Positions 15,001 through 30,000 of a stretch of 64,000 nt of DNA are shown piece by piece. The notes beneath the pieces are model-generated. The model saw only the letters and a program-made list of their open reading frames with translations. It was not told where the DNA came from and made no database searches. A program made the position numbers and the translations under genes. The DNA comes from Eledone cirrhosa (lineage: Eukaryota): positions 23,735,551-23,799,550 of the forward strand of contig OZ024765.1 in assembly GCA_964016885.1 (NCBI GenBank), read 5' to 3'. Numbering within the stretch: position 1 is the stretch's first letter; every line of letters begins with the position of its first letter.

Positions 15001-18000
15001 ATTGAGAATACCTTAATATCAGTAAGAGTGGCTTGAACAGAAAAAGGGGACAGAATTCTGGTCGGTTTAAATGTTAAAGAGTTAATCAACTTTCAGTGGA
15101 TTACGTTCCAATTTCCTGGAAGCTATACAGTAGGAAGACCTGGGATGAGGTGATAAAAGCTGACCTGACACAATTGATGGAAGCTATGAAGTAGGAAGAC
15201 CTGGGATGAGGTGATAAAAGCTGACCTCACACAATTGATGGAAGCTATGAAGTAGGAAGATCTAGGATGTGATAAAAGCTGACCTCAGACAATTGATGGA
15301 AGCTATGAAGTAGGAAGACCTGGGATGAGGTGATAAAAGCTGACCTCACACAACTGATGGAAGCTATGAAGTAGGAAGATCTAGGATGTGATAAAAGCTG
15401 ACCTCAGACAATTGATCGAAGCTATGAAGTAGGAAGACCTGGGATGAGGTGATAAAATCTGGCCTCACACAACTGATGGAAGCTATGAAGTAGGAAGACC
15501 TGGGATGAGGTGATAAAAGCTGACCTCAGACAATTGATGGAAGCTATGCCGTAGGAAGACCTGGGATGAGGTGATAAAAGCTGACCTCACACAATTGATG
15601 GAAGCTATGAAGTAGGAAGACATAGTTTGAGGTGATAAAAGCTGACCTCAGACAATTGATGGAAGCTATGAAGTAGGAAGACCTGGGATGAGGTGATAAA
15701 AGCTGACCTCACACAACTGATGGAAGCTATGAAGTAGGAAGACCTGGGATGAGGTGATAAAAGCAGAGCTCCCACAACTGATGGAAGCTATGAAGTAGGA
15801 AGATCTATCATGAGGTGATAAAAGCTGACCTCACACAATTGATGGAAGCTATGAAGTAGGAAGACCTGGGATGAGGTTATAAAAGCTGACTTCACACAAT
15901 TGATGGAAGCTATGAAGTAGGAAGACCTGGGATGAGGTGATAAAAGCTGACCTGACACAATTGATGGAAGTTATGGAGTAGGAAGACCTAGTTTGAGGTG
16001 ATAAAAGCTGACCTCACACAATTGATGGAAGCTATGAAGCAGGAAGACCTGGGATGAGGTGATAAAAGCTGACCTCACATAATTGATGGAAGCTATGAAG
16101 TAGGAAGACCTGGGATGAGGTGATAAAACCTGACCTCACACAACTGATGGAAGCTATGAAGTAGGAAGATCTAGTTTGAGGTGATAAAAGCTCACCTCAC
16201 ACAATTGATGGAAGCTATGAAGTAGGAAGATCTAGGATGAGGTGATAAAAGCTGACCTCAGACAACTGATGGAAGCTATGGAGTAGGAAGACCTGGGATG
16301 AGGTGATAAAAGCTGAGCTCACACAACTGATGGAAGCTATGAAGTAGGAAGATCTAGGATGAGGTGATAAAAGCTGACCTCAGATATTATTTATATTGAG
16401 AATACCTTAATATCAGTAAGAGTGGCTTGAACAGAAAAAGGGGACAGAATTCTGGTCGGTTTAAATGTTAAAGAGTTAATCAACTTTCAGTGGATTACGT
16501 TCCAATTTCCTGGAAGCTATACAGTAGGAAGACCTGGGATGAGGTGATAAAAGCTGACCTGACACAATTGATGGAAGCTATGAAGTAGGAAGACCTGGGA
16601 TGAGGTGATAAAAGCTGACCTCACACAATTGATGGAAGCTATGAAGTAGGAAGATCTAGGATGTGATAAAAGCTGACCTCAGACAATTGATGGAAGCTAT
16701 GAAGTAGGAAGACATAGTTTGAGGTGATAAAAGCTGACCTCAGACAATTGATGGAAGCTATGAAGTAGGAAGATCTAGGATGTGATAAAAGCTGACCTCA
16801 GACAATTGATGGAAGCTATGAAGTAGGAAGACATAGTTTGAGGTGATAAAAGCTGACCTCAGACAATTGATGGAAGCTATGAAGTAGGAAGACCTGGGAT
16901 GAGGTGATAAAATCTGGCCTCACACAACTGATGGAAGCTATGAAGTAGGAAGATCTAGGATGTGATAAAAGCTGACCTCAGACAATTGATGGAAGCTATG
17001 AAGTAGGAAGACATAGTTTGAGGTGATAAAAGCTGACCTCAGACAATTGATGGAAGCTATGAAGTAGGAAGATCTAGGATGTGATAAAAGCTGACCTCAG
17101 ACAATTGATGGAAGCTATGAAGTAGGAAGACATAGTTTGAGGTGATAAAAGCTGACCTCAGACAATTGATGGAAGCTATGAAGTAGGAAGATCTAGGATG
17201 TGATAAAAGCTGACCTCAGACAATTGATGGAAGCTATGAAGTAGGAAGACATAGTTTGAGGTGATAAAAGCTGACCTCAGACAATTGATGGAAGCTATGA
17301 AGTAGGAAGACCTGGGATGAGGTGATAAAATCTGGCCTCACACAACTGATGGAAGCTATGAAGTAGGAAGATCTAGGATGTGATAAAAGCTGACCTCAGA
17401 CAATTGATGGAAGCTATGAAGTAGGAAGACATAGTTTGAGGTGATAAAAGCTGACCTCAGACAATTGATTTGAAGCTATGAAGTAGGAAGACCTGGGATG
17501 AGGTGATAAAAGCTGACCTCACACAATTGATGGAAGCTATGAAGTAGGAAGACCTGGGATGAGGTGATAAAAGCAGAGCTCCCACAATTGATGGAAGCTA
17601 TGAAGTAGGAAGACCTGGGATGAGGTGATAAAAGCTGACCTGACACAATTGATGGAAGCTATGGAGCAGAAAGACCTAGGATGAGGTGATAAAAGCTGAC
17701 CTCACGATTGATGGAAGTTATGAAGTAGGAAGATCTAGGATGAGGTGATAAAAACTGACCTCAGACAATTGATAGAAGCTATGAAGTAGGAAGACCTGGG
17801 ATGAGGTGATAAAAGCTGACCTCAGACAATTGATGGAAGCTATGAAGTAGGAAGACCTGGGATGAGGTGATAAAAGCTGACCTCACACAATTGATGGAAG
17901 CTATGGAGTAGGAAGACCTGGGATGAGGTGATAAAAGCTGACCTCACACAATTGATGGAAGCTATGGAGTAGGAAGACCTGGGATGAGGTGATAAAAGCT

Positions 18001-21000
18001 GACCTCAGACAATTGATGGAAGCTATGAAGTAGGAAGACCTGGGATGAGGTGATAAAAGCTGACCTCACACAACTGATGGAAGCTATGGAGTAGGAAGAC
18101 CTGTGATGAGGTGATAAAAGCTGACCTCACACAACTGATGGAAGCTATGAAGTAGGAAGATCAAGGATGAGGTGATAAAAGCTGACCTCAGACAATTGAT
18201 CGAAGCTATGAAGTAGGAAGACCTGGGATGAGGTAATAAAAGCTGACCTCACACAATTGATGGAAGCTATAGAGTAGGAAGACCTGGGATGAGGTGATAA
18301 AAGTTGACCTCACACAATTGATGGAAGCTATGAAGTAGGAAGACCTAGTTTGAGGTGATAAAAGCTGACCTCAGACAATTGATAGAAGCTATGAAGTAGG
18401 AAGACCTGGGATGAGGTGATAAAAGCTGACCTCGCACAACTGATGGAAGCTATGAAGTAGGAAGATCTATCATGAGGTGATAAAAGCTGACCTCACACAA
18501 TTGATGGAAGCTATGGAGTAGGAAGACCTGGGATGAGGTGATAAAAGCTGACCTCACACAACTGATGGTGCTATGAAGTAGGAAGATCTATCATGAGGTG
18601 ATAAAAGCTGACCTTACACAATTGATGGAAGCTATGAAGTAGGAAGACCTGGGATGAGGTTATAAAAGCTGACTTCACACAATTGATGGAAGCTATGAAG
18701 TAGGAAGACCTGGGATGAGGTGATAAAAGCTGACCTGACACAATTGATGGAAGTTATGGAGTAGGAAGACCTAGTTTGAGGTGATAAAAGCTGACCTCAC
18801 ACAATTGATGGAAGCTATGAAGCAGGAAGACCTGGGATGAGGTGATAAAAGCTGACCTCACATAATTGATGGAAGCTATGAAGTAGGAAGACCTGGGATG
18901 AGGTGATAAAAGCTGACCTCACACAACTCATGGAAGCTATGAAGTAGGAAGATCTAGTTTGAGGTGATAAAAGCTCACCTCACACAATTGATGGAAGCTA
19001 TGAAGTAGGAAGATCTAGGATGAGGTGATAAAAGCTGACCTCACACAACTGATGGAAGCTATGAAGTAGGAAGACCTGGGATGAGGTGATAAAAGCTGAG
19101 CTCACACAACTGATGGAAGCTATGAAGTAGGAAGATCTAGGATGAGGTGATAAAAGCTGACCTCAGATATTATTTATATTGAGACTACCTTAATATCAGT
19201 AAGAGTGGCTTGAACAGAAAAAGGGGACAGAATTCTGGTCGGTTTAAATGTTAAAGAGTTAATCAACTTTCAGTGGATTACGTTCCAATTTCCTGGAAGC
19301 TATACAGTAGGAAGACCTGGGATGAGGTGATAAAAGCTGACCTGACACAATTGATGGAAGCTATGGAGTAGGAAGACCTGGGATGAGGTGATAAAAGCTG
19401 ACCTCACACAATTGATGGAAGCTATGGAGTAGGAAGACCTGGGATGAGGTGATAAAAGCTGACCTCAGACAATTGATGGAAGCTATGAAGTAGGAAGACC
19501 TGGGATGAGGTTATAAAAGCTGACTTCACACAATTGATGGAAGCTATGAAGTAGGAAGACCTGGGATGAGGTGATAAAAGCTGACCTGACACAATTGATG
19601 GAAGCTATGAAGTAGGAAGACCTGGGATGAGGTGATAAAAGCTGACCTCACACAACTGATGGAAGCTATGAAGTAGGAAGATCTATCATGAGGTGATAAA
19701 AGCTGACCTCACACAACTGATGGAAGCTATGAAGTAGGAAGATCTATCATGAGGTGATAAAAGCTGACCTTACACAATTGATGGAAGCTATGAAGTAGGA
19801 AGACCTGGGATGAGGTTATAAAAGCTGACTTCACACAATTGATGGAAGCTATGAAGTAGGAAGACCTGGGATGAGGTTATAAAAGCTGACTTCACACAAT
19901 TGATGGAAGCTATGAAGTAGGAAGACCTGGGATGAGGTGATAAAAGCTGACCTGACACAATTGATGGAAGTTATGGAGTAGGAAGACCTAGTTTGAGGTG
20001 ATAAAAGCTGACCTCACACAATTGATGGAAGCTATGAAGCAGGAAGACCTGGGATGAGGTGATAAAAGCTGACCTCACATAATTGATGGAAGCTATGAAG
20101 TAGGAAGACCTGGGATGAGGTGATAAAAGCTGACCTCACACAACTGATGGAAGCTATGAAGTAGGAAGATCTAGTTTGAGGTGATAAAAGCTCACCTCAC
20201 ACAATTGATGGAAGCTATGAAGTAGGAAGATCTAGGATGAGGTGATAAAAGCTGACCTCAGACAACTGATGGAAGCTATGAAGTAGGAAGACCTGGGATG
20301 AGGTGATAAAAGCTGAGCTCACATAACTGATGGAAGCTATGAAGTAGGAAGATCTAGGATGAGGTGATAAAAGCTGACCTCAGATATTATTTATATTGAG
20401 AATACCTTAATATCAGTAAGAGTGGCTTGAACAGAAAAAGGGGACAGAATTCTGGTCGGTTTAAATGTTAAAGAGTTAATCAACTTTCAGTGGATTACGT
20501 TCCAATTTCCTGGAAGCTATACAGTAGGAAGACCTGGGATGAGGTGATAAAAGCTGACCTGACACAATTGATGGAAGCTATGAAGTAGGAAGACCTGGGA
20601 TGAGGTGATAAAATCTGGCCTCACACAACTGATGGAAGCTATGAAGTAGGAAGACATAGTTTGAGGTGATAAAAGCTGACCTCAGACAATTGATGGAAGC
20701 TATGCCGTAGGAAGACCTGGGATGAGGTGATAAAAGCTGACCTCACACAATTGATGGAAGCTATGAAGTAGGAAGACATAGTTTGAGGTGATAAAAGCTG
20801 ACCTCAGACAATTGATGGAAGCTATGAAGTAGGAAGACCTGGGATGAGGTGATAAAAGCTGACCTCCCACAATTGATGGAAGCTATGAAGTAGGAAGATC
20901 TATCATGAGGTGATAAAAGCTGACCTTACACAATTGATGGAAGCTATGAAGTAGGAAGACCTGGGATGAGGTTATAAAAGCTGACTTCACACAATTGATG

Positions 21001-24000
21001 GAAGCTATGAAGTAGGAAGACCTGGGATGAGGTGATAAAAGCTGACCTGACACAATTGATGGAAGTTATGGAGTAGGAAGACCTAGTTTGAGGTGATAAA
21101 AGCTGACCTCACACAATTGATGGAAGCTATGAAGCAGGAAGACCTGGGATGAGGTGATAAAAGCTGACCTCACATAATTGATGGAAGCTATGAAGTAGGA
21201 AGACCTGGGATGAGGTGATAAAAGCTGACCTCACACAACTGATGGAAGCTATGAAGTAGGAAGATCTAGTTTGAGGTGATAAAAGCTCACCTCACACAAT
21301 TGATCGAAGCTATGAAGTAGGAAGATCTAGGATGAGGTGATAAAAGCTGACCTCAGACAACTGATGGAAGCTATGAAGTAGGAAGACCTGGGATGAGGTG
21401 ATAAAAGCTGAGCTCACACAACTGATGGAAGCTATGAAGTAGGAAGATCTAGGATGAGGTGATAAAAGCTGACCTCAGATATTATTTATATTGAGAATAC
21501 CTTAATATCAGTAAGAGTGGTTGAACAGAAAAAGGGGACAGAATTCTGGTCGGTTTAAATGTTAAAGAGTTAATCAACTTTCAGTGGATTACGTTCCAAT
21601 TTCCTGGAAGCTATACAGTAGGAAGACCTGGGATGAGGTGATAAAAGCTGGCCTGACACAATTGATGGAAGCTATGAAGTAGGAAGACCTGGGATGAGGT
21701 GATAAAAGCTGACCTCACACAATTGATGGAAGCTATGAAGTAGGAAGATCTAGGATGTGATAAAAGCTGACCTCAGACAATTGATGGAAGCTATGAAGTA
21801 GGAAGACATAGTTTGAGGTGATAAAAGCTGACCTCAGACAATTGATGGAAGCTATGAAGTAGGAAGACCTGGGATGAGGTGATAAAAGATGACCTCACAC
21901 AACTGATGGAAGCTATGAAGTAGGAAGATCTAGGATGTGATAAAAGCTGACCTCAGACAATTGATGGAAGCTATGAAGTAGGAAGACATAGTTTGAGGTG
22001 ATAAAAGCTGACCTCAGACAATTGATGGAAGCTATGAAGTAGGAAGACCTGGGATGAGGTGATAAAAGATGACCTTACACAATTGATGGAAGCTATGAAG
22101 TAGGAAGATCTAGGATGTGATAAAAGCTGACCTCAGACAATTGATCGAAGCTATGAAGTAGGAAGACCTGGGATGAGGTGATAAAATCTGGCCTCACACA
22201 ACTGATGGAAGCTATGAAGTAGGAAGACATAGTTTGAGGTGATAAAAGCTGACCTCAGACAATTGATGGAAGCTATGCCGTAGGAAGACCTGGGATGAGG
22301 TGATAAAAGCTGACCTCACACAATTGATGGAAGCTGTGAAGTAGGAAGACATAGTTTGAGGTGATAAAAGCTGACCTCAGACAATTGATGGAAGCTATGA
22401 AGTAGGAAGACCTGGGATGAGGTGATAAAAGCTGACCTCCCACAATTGATGGAAGCTATGAAGTAGGAAGATCTAGGATGAGGTGATAAAAGCTGACCTC
22501 ACACAATTGATGGAAGCTATGAAGTAGGAAGATCTATCATGAGGTGATAAAAGCTGACCTCAGACAATTGATTTGAAGCTATGAAGTAGGAAGACCTGGG
22601 ATGAGGTGATAAAAGCTGACCTCACACAATTGATGGAAGCTATGAAGTAGGAAGACCTGGGATGAGGTGATAAAAGCAGAGCTCCCACAATTGATGGAAG
22701 TTATGAAGTAGGAAGACCTGGGATGAGGTGATAAAAGCTGACCTCAGACAATTGATGGAAGCTATGAAGTAGGAAGACCTGGGATGAGGTGATAAAAGCT
22801 GACCTCACACAATTGATGGAAGCTATGGAGTAGGAAGACCTGGGATGAGGTGATAAAAGCTGACCTCACACAATTGATGGAAGCTATGGAGTAGGAAGAC
22901 CTGGGATGAGGTGATAAAAGCTGACCTCAGACAATTGATGGAAGCTATGAAGTAGGAAGACCTGGGATGAGGTGATAAAAGCTGACCTCACACAACTGAT
23001 GGAAGCTATGGAGTAGGAAGACCTGTGATGAGGTGATAAAAGCTGACCTCACACAACTGATGGAAGCTATGAAGTAGGAAGACCTGGGATGAGGTGATAA
23101 AAGCTGACCTCACACAACTGATGGAAGCTATGAAGTAGGAAGATCTATCATGAGGTGATAAGAGCTGACCTTACACAATTGATGGAAGCTATGAAGTAGG
23201 AAGACCTGGGATGAGGTTATAAAAGCTGACTTCACACAATTGATGGAAGCTATGAAGTAGGAAGACCTGGGATGAGGTGATAAAAGCTGACCTGACACAA
23301 TTGATGGAAGCTATGAAGTAGGAAGACCTGGGATGAGGTGATAAAAGCTGACCTCACACAACTGATGGAAGCTATGAAGTAGGAAGATCTATCATGAGGT
23401 GATAAGAGCTGACCTTACACAATTGATGGAAGCTATGAAGTAGGAAGACCTGGGATGAGGTTATAAAAGCTGACTTCACACAATTGATGGAAGCTATGAA
23501 GTAGGAAGACCTGGGATGAGGTGATAAAAGCTGACCTGACACAATTGATGGAAGCTATGAAGTAGGAAGACCTGGGATGAGGTGATAAAAGCTGACCTGA
23601 CACAATTGATGGAAGCTATGAAGTAGGAAGACCTGGGATGAGGTTATAAAAGCTGACTTCACACAATTGATGGAAGCTATGAAGTAGGAAGACCTGGGAT
23701 GAGGTGATAAAAGCTGACCTGACACAATTGATGGAAGCTATGGAGCAGAAAGACCTAGGATGAGGTGATAAAAGCTGACCTCACGATTGATGGAAGTTAT
23801 GAAGTAGGAAGATCTAGGATGAGGTGATAAAAACTGACCTCAGACAATTGATAGAAGCTATGAAGTAGGAAGACCTGGGATGAGGTGATAAAAGCTGACC
23901 TCAGACAATTGATGGAAGCTATGAAGTAGGAAGACCTGGGATGAGGTGATAAAAGCTGACCTCACACAATTGATGGAAGCTATGGAGTAGGAAGACCTGG

Positions 24001-27000
24001 GATGAGGTGATAAAAGCTGACCTCAGACAATTGATGGAAGCTATGAAGTAGGAAGACCTGGGATGAGGTGATAAAAGCTGACCTCACACAATTGATGGAA
24101 GCTATGGAGTAGGAAGACCTGGGATGAGGTGATAAAAGCTGACCTCACACAATTGATGGAAGCTATGAAGTAGGAAGACCTGGGATGAGGTGATAAAAGC
24201 TGACCTCACACAATTGATGGAAGCTATGGAGTAGGAAGACCTGGGATGAGGTGATAAAAGCTGACCTCACACAATTGATGGAAGCTATGGAGTAGGAAGA
24301 CCTGGGATGAGGTGATAAAAGCTGACCTCACACAACTGATGGAAGCTATGAAGTAGGAAGATCTATCATGAGGTGATAAAAGCTGACCTTACACAATTGA
24401 TGGAAGCTATGAAGTAGGAAGACCTGGGATGAGGTTATAAAAGCTGACTTCACACAATTGATGGAAGCTATGAAGTAGGAAGACCTGGGATGAGGTGATA
24501 AAAGCTGACCTGACACAATTGATGGAAGTTATGGAGTAGGAAGACCTAGTTTGAGGTGATAAAAGCTGACCTCACACAATTGATGGAAGCTATGAAGCAG
24601 GAAGACCTGGGATGAGGTGATAAAAGCTGACCTCACATAATTGATGGAAGCTATGAAGTAGGAAGACCTGGGATGAGGTGATAAAAGCTGACCTCACACA
24701 ACTCATGGAAGCTATGAAGTAGGAAGATCTAGTTTGAGGTGATAAAAGCTCACCTCACACAATTGATGGAAGCTATGAAGTAGGAAGATCTAGGATGAGG
24801 TGATAAAAGCTGACCTCAGACAACTGATGGAAGCTATGAAGTAGGAAGACCTGGGATGAGGTGATAAAAGCTGAGCTCACATAACTGATGGAAGCTATGA
24901 AGTAGGAAGATCTAGGATGAGGTGATAAAAGCTGACCTCAGATATTATTTATATTGAGAATACCTTAATATCAGTAAGAGTGGCTTGAACAGAAAAAGGG
25001 GACAGAATTCTGGTCGGTTTAAATGTTAAAGAGTTAATCAACTTTCAGTGGATTACGTTCCAATTTCCTGGAAGCTATACAGTAGGAAGACCTGGGATGA
25101 GGTGATAAAAGCTGACCTGACACAATTGATGGAAGCTATGAAGTAGGAAGACCTGGGATGAGGTGATAAAATCTGGCCTCACACAACTGATGGAAGCTAT
25201 GAAGTAGGAAGACATAGTTTGAGGTGATAAAAGCTGACCTCAGACAATTGATGGAAGCTATGCCGTAGGAAGACCTGGGATGAGGTGATAAAAGCTGACC
25301 TCACACAATTGATGGAAGCTATGAAGTAGGAAGACCTGGGATGAGGTGATAAAAGCTGACCTCCCACAATTGATGGAAGCTATGAAGTAGGAAGACCTGG
25401 GATGAGGTTATAAAAGCTGACTTCACACAATTGATGGAAGCTATGAAGTAGGAAGACCTGGGATGAGGTGATAAAAGCTGACCTCACACAATTGATGGAA
25501 GCTATGAAGCAGGAAGACCTGGGATGAGGTGATAAAAGCTGACCTCACATAATTGATGGAAGCTATGAAGTAGGAAGACCTGGGATGAGGTGATAAAAGC
25601 TGACCTCACACAACTGATGGAAGCTATGAAGTAGGAAGATCTAGTTTGACGTGATAAAAGCTCACCTCACACAATTGATCGAAGCTATGAAGTAGGAAGA
25701 TCTAGGATGAGGTGATAAAAGCTGACCTCAGACAACTGATGGAAGCTATGAAGTAGGAAGACCTGGGATGAGGTGATAAAAGCTGAGCTCACACAACTGA
25801 TGGAAGCTATGAAGTAGGAAGATCTAGGATGAGGTGATAAAAGCTGACCTCAGATATTATTTATATTGAGAATACCTTAATATCAGTAAGAGTGGTTGAA
25901 CAGAAAAAGGGGACAGAATTCTGGTCGGTTTAAATGTTAAAGAGTTAATCAACTTTCAGTGGATTACGTTCCAATTTCCTGGAAGCTATGAAGTAGGAAG
26001 ACCTGGGATGAGGTGATAAAAGCTGACCTCACACAATTGATGGAAGCTATGAAGTAGGAAGATCTAGGATGTGATAAAAGCTGACCTCAGACAATTGATG
26101 GAAGCTATGAAGTAGGAAGACATAGTTTGAGGTGATAAAAGCTGACCTCAGACAATTGATGGAAGCTATGAAGTAGGAAGACCTGGGATGAGGTGATAAA
26201 AGATGACCTTACACAACTGATGGAAGCTATGAAGTAGGAAGATCTATCATGAGGTGATAAAAGCTGACCTTACACAATTGATGGAAGCTATGAAGTAGGA
26301 AGACCTGGGATGAGGTTATAAAAGCTGACTTCACACAATTGATGGAAGCTATGAAGTAGGAAGACCTGGGATGAGGTGATAAAAGCTGACCTGACACAAT
26401 TGATGGAAGTTATGGAGTAGGAAGACCTAGTTTGAGGTGATAAAAGCTGACCTCACACAATTGATGGAAGCTATGAAGCAGGAAGACCTGGGATGAGGTG
26501 ATAAAAGCTGACCTCACATAATTGATGGAAGCTATGAAGTAGGAAGACCTGGGATGAGGTGATAAAAGCTGACCTCACACAACTCATGGAAGCTATGAAG
26601 TAGGAAGATCTAGTTTGAGGTGATAAAAGCTCACCTCACACAATTGATGGAAGCTATGAAGTAGGAAGATCTAGGATGAGGTGATAAAAGCTGACCTCAG
26701 ACAACTGATGGAAGCTATGAAGTAGGAAGACCTGGGATGAGGTGATAAAAGCTGAGCTCACATAACTGATGGAAGCTATGAAGTAGGAAGATCTAGGATG
26801 AGGTGATAAAAGCTGACCTCAGATATTATTTATATTGAGAATACCTTAATATCAGTAAGAGTGGCTTGAACAGAAAAAGGGGACAGAATTCTGGTCGGTT
26901 TAAATGTTAAAGAGTTAATCAACTTTCAGTGGATTACGTTCCAATTTCCTGGAAGCTATACAGTAGGAAGACCTGGGATGAGGTGATAAAAGCTGACCTG

Positions 27001-30000
27001 ACACAATTGATGGAAGCTATGAAGTAGGAAGACCTGGGATGAGGTGATAAAATCTGGCCTCACACAACTGATGGAAGCTATGAAGTAGGAAGACATAGTT
27101 TGAGGTGATAAAAGCTGACCTCAGACAATTGATGGAAGCTATGCCGTAGGAAGACCTGGGATGAGGTGATAAAAGCTGACCTCACACAATTGATGGAAGC
27201 TATGAAGTAGGAAGACCTGGGATGAGGTGATAAAAGCTGACCTCCCACAATTGATGGAAGCTATGAAGTAGGAAGACCTGGGATGAGGTTATAAAAGCTG
27301 ACTTCACACAATTGATGGAAGCTATGAAGTAGGAAGACCTGGGATGAGGTGATAAAAGCTGACCTCACACAATTGATGGAAGCTATGAAGCAGGAAGACC
27401 TGGGATGAGGTGATAAAAGCTGACCTCACATAATTGATGGAAGCTATGAAGTAGGAAGACCTGGGATGAGGTGATAAAAGCTGACCTCACACAACTGATG
27501 GAAGCTATGAAGTAGGAAGATCTAGTTTGACGTGATAAAAGCTCACCTCACACAATTGATCGAAGCTATGAAGTAGGAAGATCTAGGATGAGGTGATAAA
27601 AGCTGACCTCAGACAACTGATGGAAGCTATGAAGTAGGAAGACCTGGGATGAGGTGATAAAAGCTGAGCTCACACAACTGATGGAAGCTATGAAGTAGGA
27701 AGATCTAGGATGAGGTGATAAAAGCTGACCTCAGATATTATTTATATTGAGAATACCTTAATATCAGTAAGAGTGGTTGAACAGAAAAAGGGGACAGAAT
27801 TCTGGTCGGTTTAAATGTTAAAGAGTTAATCAACTTTCAGTGGATTACGTTCCAATTTCCTGGAAGCTATGAAGTAGGAAGACCTGGGATGAGGTGATAA
27901 AAGCTGACCTCACACAATTGATGGAAGCTATGAAGTAGGAAGATCTAGGATGTGATAAAAGCTGACCTCAGACAATTGATGGAAGCTATGAAGTAGGAAG
28001 ACATAGTTTGAGGTGATAAAAGCTGACCTCAGACAATTGATGGAAGCTATGAAGTAGGAAGACCTGGGATGAGGTGATAAAAGATGACCTTACACAATTG
28101 ATCGAAGCTATGAAGTAGGAAGACCTGGGATGAGGTGATAAAAGATGACCTCACACAACTGATGGAAGCTATGAAGTAGGAAGATCTAGGATGTGATAAA
28201 AGCTGACCTCAGACAATTGATGGAAGCTATGAAGTAGGAAGACATAGTTTGAGGTGATAAAAGCTGACCTCAGACAATTGATGGAAGCTATGCCGTAGGA
28301 AGACCTGGGATGAGGTGATAAAAGCTGACCTCACACAATTGATGGAAGCTATGAAGTAGGAAGACATAGTTTGAGGTGATAAAAGCTGACCTCAGACAAT
28401 TGATGGAAGCTATGAAGTAGGAAGACCTGGGATGAGGTGATAAAAGCTGACCTCCCACAATTGATGGAAGCTATGAAGTAGGAAGATCTAGGATGAGGTG
28501 ATAAAAGCTGACCTCACACAATTGATGGAAGCTATGAAGTAGGAAGATCTATCATGAGGTGATAAAAGCTGACCTCAGACAATTGATTTGAAGCTATGAA
28601 GTAGGAAGACCTGGGATGAGGTGATAAAAGCTGACCTCACACAATTGATGGAAGCTATGAAGTAGGAAGACCTGGGATGAGGTGATAAAAGCAGAGCTCC
28701 CACAATTGATGGAAGCTATGAAGTAGGAAGACCTGGGATGAGGTGATAAAAGCTGACCTCAGACAATTGATGGAAGCTATGAAGTAGGAAGACCTGGGAT
28801 GAGGTGATAAAAGCTGACCTCACACAATTGATGGAAGCTATGGAGTAGGAAGACCTGGGATGAGGTGATAAAAGCTGACCTCACACAATTGATGGAAGCT
28901 ATGGAGTAGGAAGACCTGGGATGAGGTGATAAAAGCTGACCTCAGACAATTGATGGAAGCTATGAAGTAGGAAGACCTGGGATGAGGTGATAAAAGCTGA
29001 CCTCACACAACTGATGGAAGCTATGGAGTAGGAAGACCTGTGATGAGGTGATAAAAGCTGACCTCACACAACTGATGGAAGCTATGAAGTAGGAAGACCT
29101 GGGATGAGGTGATAAAAGCTGACCTCACACAACTGATGGAAGCTATGAAGTAGGAAGATCTATCATGAGGTGATAAGAGCTGACCTTACACAATTGATGG
29201 AAGCTATGAAGTAGGAAGACCTGGGATGAGGTTATAAAAGCTGACTTCACACAATTGATGGAAGCTATGAAGTAGGAAGACCTGGGATGAGGTGATAAAA
29301 GCTGACCTGACACAATTGATGGAAGCTATGAAGTAGGAAGACCTGGGATGAGGTGATAAAAGCTGACCTCACACAACTGATGGAAGCTATGAAGTAGGAA
29401 GATCTATCATGAGGTGATAAGAGCTGACCTTACACAATTGATGGAAGCTATGAAGTAGGAAGACCTGGGATGAGGTTATAAAAGCTGACTTCACACAATT
29501 GATGGAAGCTATGAAGTAGGAAGACCTGGGATGAGGTGATAAAAGCTGACCTGACACAATTGATGGAAGCTATGAAGTAGGAAGACCTGGGATGAGGTGA
29601 TAAAAGCTGACCTGACACAATTGATGGAAGCTATGGAGCAGAAAGACCTAGGATGAGGTGATAAAAGCTGACCTCACGATTGATGGAAGTTATGAAGTAG
29701 GAAGATCTAGGATGAGGTGATAAAAACTGACCTCAGACAATTGATAGAAGCTATGAAGTAGGAAGACCTGGGATGAGGTGATAAAAGCTGACCTCACACA
29801 ATTGATGGAAGCTATGGAGTAGGAAGACCTGGGATGAGGTGATAAAAGCTGACCTCACACAATTGATGGAAGCTATGGAGTAGGAAGACCTGGGATGAGG
29901 TGATAAAAGCTGACCTCAGACAATTGATGGAAGCTATGAAGTAGGAAGACCTGGGATGAGGTGATAAAAGCTGACCTCACACAATTGATGGAAGCTATGG

